This document shows, piece by piece, positions 26,468-32,000 of a stretch of 32,000 nucleotides of DNA; the first letter of the stretch is position 1; every line of letters begins with the position of its first letter. The translations under genes were made by a program, and so were the position numbers. Source of the stretch: Desulfocapsa sulfexigens DSM 10523 (lineage in GTDB: Bacteria; Desulfobacterota; Desulfobulbia; Desulfobulbales; Desulfocapsaceae); NCBI RefSeq assembly GCF_000341395.1, contig NC_020304.1, forward strand, positions 3,270,001 through 3,302,000, in the 5' to 3' direction. The notes beneath the pieces are model-generated. The model was not told where the DNA came from, searched no databases, and was given only the letters and a program-made list of their open reading frames with translations.

Positions 26468-26502
26468 AGTTTCAGGTGACCAACCTGAAACTCTTTTTTT
26501 TT
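26468..26502 (+). terminator. Rho-independent terminator (perfect 10-bp stem, 5-nt loop, T9 tract)
   Basis: AGTTTCAGGT-GACCA-ACCTGAAACT is followed by C and then nine Ts. It lies directly after the tRNA. Confidence 0.85.
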
Positions 26503-26511
26503 ATATTCCCT

Positions 26512-27123
26512 ATGAAAACAATACAAATAATCTCCCTGTTTCTCTTGGGCACTCTTCTGCTGAATTGTTCTTCAAGCAGATTGCTGTCCAGCACAAGTGA
26601 CCCATCCTTTAAAAAAACTGCCATCGAACCTGTTCTTGTTGTTGGAGTTTCAGAGGATGAAACCAAGCGCCGTATATACGAAGACACCTTTACAGACAGC
26701 TTTATTGCAACTGACAGCAATGCTATTGCCAGTTACACTCTGAGTAAAGAAGGTATCGAACCTGACGAAGCGGCTCTTCGGGAGGTTATCAAAAAGAGTG
26801 GAGCTAAAACCATACTGATTACCCATCTGGTCAGTGCTGATGAAAAGGATTTTCATCAACCAGATAACCTGACCATCGGGACAAAAAGTTATTCAAGTGG
26901 ACTGTATGGGTATTATCCCTTTATCTATCAATCGGTTTATTCAGCGGGAAGTTATAACAGTACAACCAAGGTGACGCTTGAGACCAGCCTGTATGACATA
27001 GAGACTGAGAAACTTATATGGACAGCACGGTCACAGTCTATTGATCCCGTCATGACCCGAAAGTATTACCAGCAGCTGATTGATCTGTTTATAAGTGACC
27101 TGAAAGCAAAAAACCTACTGTAA
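26512..27123 (+). CDS. Putative lipoprotein (203 aa)
   Basis: MKTIQIISLFLLGTLLLNC-SSS is a lipobox-like signal. The ORF-track start at 26413 lies inside the tRNA, so I moved the start to ATG 26512. Confidence 0.7.
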   Translation: MKTIQIISLFLLGTLLLNCSSSRLLSSTSDPSFKKTAIEPVLVVGVSEDETKRRIYEDTFTDSFIATDSNAIASYTLSKEGIEPDEAALREVIKKSGAKTILITHLVSADEKDFHQPDNLTIGTKSYSSGLYGYYPFIYQSVYSAGSYNSTTKVTLETSLYDIETEKLIWTARSQSIDPVMTRKYYQQLIDLFISDLKAKNLL

Positions 27124-27150
27124 ACTATCCCCACAACCAACTGTACCGCC

Positions 27151-27342
27151 ATGACTTTTCACTGTAAAAATTACGATATCGTTGAAGACAAATGTAAACG
27201 TTTGCACGGAGAGTGTGTTCCCGGACGACGTGGTTGTGTCGTGGAAGGTCGGGTTGCTCTCAGCGAGGAGTTGGAAGAAAAAATAAAAGCCTTAAACGGA
27301 ACCGTTTCTGAAGAGTTTCTGGAATTATTGAAAAAGAAATAG
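27151..27342 (+). CDS. Small Cys-rich hypothetical protein (63 aa)
   Basis: Four Cys (C5, C15, C22, C29) are followed by an acidic helical tail. I recognise no family. Confidence 0.45.
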   Translation: MTFHCKNYDIVEDKCKRLHGECVPGRRGCVVEGRVALSEELEEKIKALNGTVSEEFLELLKKK

Positions 27343-27387
27343 CCACAGCAATATCTTTCTGCAATGGCTATTTCCTGAAGAAAAGTA

Positions 27388-28305
27388 TTAACTTTTATCC
27401 TTTCGTTTCTGTTTTTTGGCAAAATTGGCAGCTTCCATGCCTGCAATGCATCCTTCCCCAACTGCCTTTGCCATTTGATAAGGGTGACCGGTTATATCCC
27501 CTGCCGCGTATACACCTGGAACATTGGTTTCTGTTTTTTTGTTTGTATCAATATGGCTCATGGTGTCAAGATCTAATTGAATCCCGAGTTCAAGGGCTAG
27601 TTCCATTGCTCCCTTAGCTCCAAGCTCAACGAAAACCCCATCAAGCGCCAACTGCTCACCATTCTCCAGAACAATTGTCTGTACAGCGTCCTGACCTGCA
27701 ATTTCAGTAACCCATGTCCCGCTGATATTCTCAACTGAAGACTCTTCAAGTTTGGCAATTAACTCCTTAGAAGCCATCAATTCACGATTGATAAGATATA
27801 CTTTGCCTGCGTAACCGGTCAAAGTCAGGGCACCATCGATGGCTGCACTGGCATTCCCAATAACAGCAACGGTGGCATTACGAAAGAAGTTAGCATCACA
27901 ATCAACACAGTAAGAAACACCCTTTCCAAAAAACTCCTTTTCCCCGGGAACCTTAAGTTTTTTTCTGGCAGTACCGTTTGCAAAAATAAGAGATCTGGTA
28001 AAGACCGTTACTCCACTTTCAAGTTCAAGGCCAAAGCCTTCATCATCCTGATGAACCTTTAAGACATCGTCTTCCATAAGATGTGCCCCAAAATTCTTTA
28101 CCTGGTCCAAACCAGCAAGAAGAAGTTCTTCACCTGTTTTAACACCTGCAACGCAGGCATAATTTTCAACATGGGCAGAGAACAGGGCACTTCTTTCGAT
28201 ACGACCAAGAAGGAGCACATCACATTTTTTACGTACAGCATGGATGGCAGCCTGAATTCCTGCAGGACCTGCCCCTATTATAACGACATCTTTTCTTTCA
28301 TTCAT
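27388..28305 (-). CDS. Thioredoxin-reductase-like FAD flavoprotein with a CxxC redox centre and a degenerate NADPH site
   Basis: FAD motifs are VVIIGAGPAG and VYAAGD. The redox pair is SYCVDCD. Where TrxB has GGGxxA and HRRxxxR, this protein reads IGNASAA and INRELMAS. Confidence 0.8.
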   Translation of the reverse strand: MNERKDVVIIGAGPAGIQAAIHAVRKKCDVLLLGRIERSALFSAHVENYACVAGVKTGEELLLAGLDQVKNFGAHLMEDDVLKVHQDDEGFGLELESGVTVFTRSLIFANGTARKKLKVPGEKEFFGKGVSYCVDCDANFFRNATVAVIGNASAAIDGALTLTGYAGKVYLINRELMASKELIAKLEESSVENISGTWVTEIAGQDAVQTIVLENGEQLALDGVFVELGAKGAMELALELGIQLDLDTMSHIDTNKKTETNVPGVYAAGDITGHPYQMAKAVGEGCIAGMEAANFAKKQKRKDKS

Positions 28306-28476
28306 TTCTTTTACTCCGATTAGGATAAAAATATAAAAAGTGTATTAACCTTGAATTTTCTGTCAAATTGTCATAAATCTGCTTATTTCGCGAATACATT
28401 CAATCTGCATTCTAAATGGAAGAGTTAACAGGAATAGCACTATAATCAGCCACTCTACATCAGTCAATCTGCCATC

Positions 28477-29715
28477 ATGGAAACACAACTACCAAGAATT
28501 GTAATAACAGGTGTCGGCCTTGCAGCTCCTAATGCTGACAACCTTAAAACATATCGTGAAAAATTACTCGCTGGTATCAGCGAAATCACAGAAATAGATC
28601 TTCGTTATTTCGGAAAGGCCCCGGCCGGCATCTGTACTTTCCCTGAAACAAAATATAGAAAAAAAAAGGAAAACAAACGGGGAACCCGTGCCGGTTGCCT
28701 CGCTGTTTACTGTGCCAACGAGGCCCTTGCTGACGCAGAGCTTGCCATAGATCATTACAAACGTTCGCGCATTGGTGTCTATGTGGGTCTCACTGAACAT
28801 GGCACCGTTGAGACAGAAAATGAAGTATATAACATCAGCAAGTATGATTACAACGTTGATTACTGGACCCATCATCATAATCCCCGGACGGTACTGAATA
28901 ACCCGGCCGGAGAAATCACCATGAATCTCGGCATCACCGGGCCCCATTATTCAATTGGAGCCGCCTGTGCTGCAGGAAACGCGTCTCTTATCCAGGGAGT
29001 TCAAATGATGCGCCTCAAAGAGGTTGATATGGCGCTTGCCGGAGGTATTTCCGAGTCCACCGGATCCTTCGGTATTTTTGCAAGTTTTCAGGCTCAGGGC
29101 GCTCTTGGATCAGCGCAGGATCCGCGGGAGGCCTGCAGGCCTTTTGATACCTCACGCGATGGTATAGTTGTTTCTGAAGGGGCCTGTATTTATGTCCTTG
29201 AACGTCTTGAGAGTGCCCTTGCAAGGGGTGCCAGAATATATGCTGAAATAGTTGGTTACGCCATGAACTCAGATGCACGTGACTATGTACTCCCCTTCCA
29301 TGAAAGGCAAACAGAGTGTATGGAGCTTGCCCTCGAAAGAGCTGGGCTGCAACCGGAAGATATTGATATTATCAATACTCATGCCACCGGGACAAAACAG
29401 GGCGATATTGAAGAGTGTAAAGCTATTCGAAACCTTTTTGGTGATGCCCCGAACACCTATATAAACAACACCAAATCCATTATCGGTCACGCCATGGGTG
29501 CAGCAGGAGTTTTGGAACTTGCGGGGAATTTACCCGCTTTTGATGATAATCTTGTCCATCCCAGCATCAACTGCCAAAACCTTGATCCGGAATGCGAACT
29601 CGATAACATGGTTTTCGACAAACCCAAACAGCTGAAATCCGTTAATACCATTCTTAATAATTCCTTTGGCATGGTTGGTATTAATTCTGTCATAATTGTA
29701 AAAAAGTATAAATAA
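28477..29715 (+). CDS. Beta-ketoacyl-ACP synthase I/II-type condensing enzyme (412 aa)
   Basis: The Cys-His-His triad context is IGAACAAGNAS, NTHATGTKQGD and IIGHAMGAAG. The N-terminus is RIVITGVGL. Confidence 0.88.
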   Translation: METQLPRIVITGVGLAAPNADNLKTYREKLLAGISEITEIDLRYFGKAPAGICTFPETKYRKKKENKRGTRAGCLAVYCANEALADAELAIDHYKRSRIGVYVGLTEHGTVETENEVYNISKYDYNVDYWTHHHNPRTVLNNPAGEITMNLGITGPHYSIGAACAAGNASLIQGVQMMRLKEVDMALAGGISESTGSFGIFASFQAQGALGSAQDPREACRPFDTSRDGIVVSEGACIYVLERLESALARGARIYAEIVGYAMNSDARDYVLPFHERQTECMELALERAGLQPEDIDIINTHATGTKQGDIEECKAIRNLFGDAPNTYINNTKSIIGHAMGAAGVLELAGNLPAFDDNLVHPSINCQNLDPECELDNMVFDKPKQLKSVNTILNNSFGMVGINSVIIVKKYK

Positions 29716-29857
29716 TCAGTGAGTTGCGAAAATAATTCAACTTTTTTAAAAAAAATATAAAAAAATACTCCCCGTGTGGTATATTGCGCAGTTTGTCAAA
29801 GCAATACTGTTTTTTTTATATACGACATACTACAGGCCACTGCCGGAGATACATATA

Positions 29858-30109
29858 ATGACACGTGACGCGATTAAGAACCTTATTCTTGAAATAATTG
29901 AAGATATTGACGAAGATGCTGATTTCGAAGCACTTCAGCCAGACAAACCTCTGCGAGACCAGCTCGATCTCGATTCAATGGATTTTCTAGATATTGTTAT
30001 GGAATTACGCAAACGTCACAAACTGCAGATACCTGAAGAGGATTATCCAGAACTTGCAACCCTTGACTCATGTGTTAACTACCTGGAACCCCTTCTTGCC
30101 GACGCATAG
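29858..30109 (+). CDS. Stand-alone acyl carrier protein (83 aa)
   Basis: The phosphopantetheine attachment motif is QLDLDSMDFLDIVMEL. GGAG lies 9 nt upstream of ATG 29858; the ORF-track start at 29774 is unlikely. Confidence 0.8.
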   Translation: MTRDAIKNLILEIIEDIDEDADFEALQPDKPLRDQLDLDSMDFLDIVMELRKRHKLQIPEEDYPELATLDSCVNYLEPLLADA

Positions 30110-30112
30110 CAG

Positions 30113-31498
30113 GTGCATGTTCCTCTGTTAATTATCGGCGGTGGTCTTTCGGGACTTGCCGCCGCTGTCCGTTTTTCCCGTTTCATTCCAGACGTTCTCC
30201 TTCTCGAACAGCACTCCCGTGTTGGTGGGCTCAACTCCTATTACTATAGAAATAACAGACTGTTTGAAACTGGCCTTCATGCAATCACAAACTATGCTGC
30301 GCCAAAAGAAAAAAACGCGCCATTAAACCGTCTCCTCAGACAGTTAAAAATAAAACGTAATGAACTCGAACTGCACCAGCAGAATCAAAGTGAAATTCGT
30401 TTTTCAGGGCAGGAATCCCTTCTCTTTTCGAATGATTTCTCTCTTCTTGAAACAGAAATTGCCGAGAAATTTCCCGCCAGTTATGATGGATTCCAGCGAC
30501 TGTTGCAGCTGATAGATGAATATGACCCATTTAAGCCACTTCCTTTCATATCTGCCAAACAGGTACTTCAGCAGCACCTTCACAATTCACTCCTGACGGA
30601 CATGCTACTCTGCCCCCTGATGTACTACGGCTCCTCCATAGAAAATGATATGGATCTTGGCCAATTTGTTATTATGTTCAGGGCAATTTTTCTGGAAGGG
30701 ATGTTTCGGCCCGGCGGAACCATCAAGGACCTCCTTGACCTCCTGTTAAGTCATTATAAAAAAAATGGTGGTGAGATCAGAACCCGTGCCAAAGTCTCTA
30801 AAATTCTCCAAAATAACAGGAAAGTCCATGGCGTTCTTCTAGATGATGGTGAGGAAATCAGCTGTGATTATCTACTTTCTACCGTTGGCTCAGAAGAAAC
30901 CTTTAGCCTTCTTGGAAAATCATCCGGGATTCAATCAATGCCGCGACTTGGCTTCGTTGAAACTATTTTTGAAATAGATCCCTCCACAAACCTGCCGCTT
31001 GCCCATAACCGTACTATAATCTTTTTCAATAATGAAGAGAGGTTCTCCTACCAGCAACCCGATCAACTTGTGGACTACAAATCAGGGGTAATCTGTATGC
31101 CTCAGAACTTCGAGAATCTTCCCTTTTCCACTTTCAGAGAAGTACGAACCACTCATCTCGCCAGATATGAAGATTGGAAAGAGCTTGAAAAGGAAACAAC
31201 TTCATACAAAAAAGCAAAGGATGTAACAGCCCTCACATCCCTTTCCGTCGCTGAGAAAATTCTTGGTAATTTTGGCTCAGATATAGTATATCGTGATACT
31301 TTCACCCCGCTCACTATTGAACGCTTTACTGCCAAAATAAAGGGGGCGATTTACGGCAACCCTATTAAGATAAAAGATGGTGATATTGGTTATGACAATC
31401 TTTACCTGGCTGGAACCGACCAGGGATTTCTCGGTATTATCGGCTCCATGTTAAGCGGGGTATCCATTGTCAATCAGCATATCCTGCCACGCCTGTAG
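30113..31498 (+). CDS. FAD/NAD(P)-dependent oxidoreductase of the CrtI / phytoene-desaturase (amine-oxidase fold) family
   Basis: The N-terminal dinucleotide fold is LLIIGGGLSGLAAAV...LLLEQHSRVGG, in about 461 aa. The GTG start lies 3 nt after the ACP stop, which suggests coupling. Confidence 0.75.
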   Translation: MHVPLLIIGGGLSGLAAAVRFSRFIPDVLLLEQHSRVGGLNSYYYRNNRLFETGLHAITNYAAPKEKNAPLNRLLRQLKIKRNELELHQQNQSEIRFSGQESLLFSNDFSLLETEIAEKFPASYDGFQRLLQLIDEYDPFKPLPFISAKQVLQQHLHNSLLTDMLLCPLMYYGSSIENDMDLGQFVIMFRAIFLEGMFRPGGTIKDLLDLLLSHYKKNGGEIRTRAKVSKILQNNRKVHGVLLDDGEEISCDYLLSTVGSEETFSLLGKSSGIQSMPRLGFVETIFEIDPSTNLPLAHNRTIIFFNNEERFSYQQPDQLVDYKSGVICMPQNFENLPFSTFREVRTTHLARYEDWKELEKETTSYKKAKDVTALTSLSVAEKILGNFGSDIVYRDTFTPLTIERFTAKIKGAIYGNPIKIKDGDIGYDNLYLAGTDQGFLGIIGSMLSGVSIVNQHILPRL

Positions 31499-31541
31499 TA
31501 AACACTTTCTTTTATAATCTCAGACCCTACAATGTATCATT

Positions 31542-32000
31542 ATGCCTGTTTCTTTCTCTCAAGCCGCTGATAAATATGATGTTGTAATTATTGGTTCCGG
31601 TCTTGGAGGCCTTACTTCCGCTAACCGCCTTGCTTACTGCGGATACAAAGTGCTTCTCCTTGAATACCACAACCAGCTTGGAGGCCTTGCCACCTGGTTC
31701 AAACGTAAGGGACATATCTTTGATGTTTCCCTCCATGGATTCCCCTACGGTATGGTGAAAACCTGTAAAAAGTACTGGAACAGGGAAATAATGAACTCCA
31801 TTGTTCAATTAAAAGACATAATTTTTGACAATCCCCAGTTTCACCTGAAAACTACCTTCGACAGGGTGGATTTCACAGAAAAGCTCAACAGACAATTTAA
31901 AATATCCCAAACGGTTATTGATTCTTTCTTCTCCCGTGTTGCCGGAATGAATTTCTATGATGATCAGTCCATGACAACCAGGGAACTATTCAATGAGTTT
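31542..32000 (+). CDS. Second CrtI-family FAD-dependent oxidoreductase, 5' partial (runs off the window)
   Basis: [52 protein letters not shown]. The frame is open for 153 codons to the window end. It is absent from the ORF track because no stop codon is reached. Confidence 0.75.
   Translation, partial: MPVSFSQAADKYDVVIIGSGLGGLTSANRLAYCGYKVLLLEYHNQLGGLATWFKRKGHIFDVSLHGFPYGMVKTCKKYWNREIMNSIVQLKDIIFDNPQFHLKTTFDRVDFTEKLNRQFKISQTVIDSFFSRVAGMNFYDDQSMTTRELFNEF

Noticed and set aside
26379-26600. 73-aa ORF, and the N-terminal 33 codons of the 26413-27123 ORF
   Set aside because: Both start inside the tRNA-His gene and read through its terminator. The real lipoprotein start is ATG 26512, directly before a signal peptide.
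29716-29857. AT-rich spacer between the KAS and ACP genes, with a weak hairpin (TATTGC...GCAATA) followed by T8, considered as a possible attenuator or internal promoter
   Set aside because: The stem is only 6 bp with a 13-nt loop, and promoter hexamers are ambiguous in the A/T runs. There is not enough evidence to call a regulatory element.

Overview
The window looks like a chromosomal segment from an anaerobic, Desulfobacterota-like bacterium; that assignment is inferred only from gene content and composition. All domain calls come from motifs read by eye in the ORF translations, with no database searches.

- **1-4.9 kb, accessory patch:** a ParD/ParE-type toxin-antitoxin pair, then a decayed HUH/Y1 (IS200/RAYT-like) transposase pseudogene. 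The pseudogene is split by an intact-looking IS21-family element (istA/istB, long terminal inverted repeats, 6-bp target duplication). A visibly GC-rich DUF3995-like membrane gene and gene remnants follow.
- **5.5-16.0 kb, minus strand:** one tightly packed cobalamin operon, cbiG-cbiH-cobC-cobU-cobT-cobS-(cobD::cobQ fusion)-cbiB-cbiA-cbiC. No B12 riboswitch is recognisable in its leader.
- **16.2-20.6 kb:** a receiver-first soluble histidine kinase plus a membrane PAS histidine kinase, a Sel1-repeat protein and a tandem-SH3b protein.
- **20.7-23.6 kb:** a 987-aa SF2 helicase with a DUF1998 zinc module and a C-terminal DEDD-type exonuclease domain, i.e. MrfA and MrfB functions in one chain.
- **23.7-28.3 kb:** a prephenate dehydratase-ACT-prephenate dehydrogenase fusion, a zinc-ribbon/HEAT-like protein, tRNA-His with a strong terminator, a lipoprotein, a small Cys-rich protein and a thioredoxin-reductase-like flavoprotein lacking NADPH motifs.
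- **28.5-32.0 kb:** a co-directional array of a ketosynthase, a dedicated ACP and two CrtI-family flavoproteins that runs off the window.

No rRNA genes or CRISPR arrays were seen.
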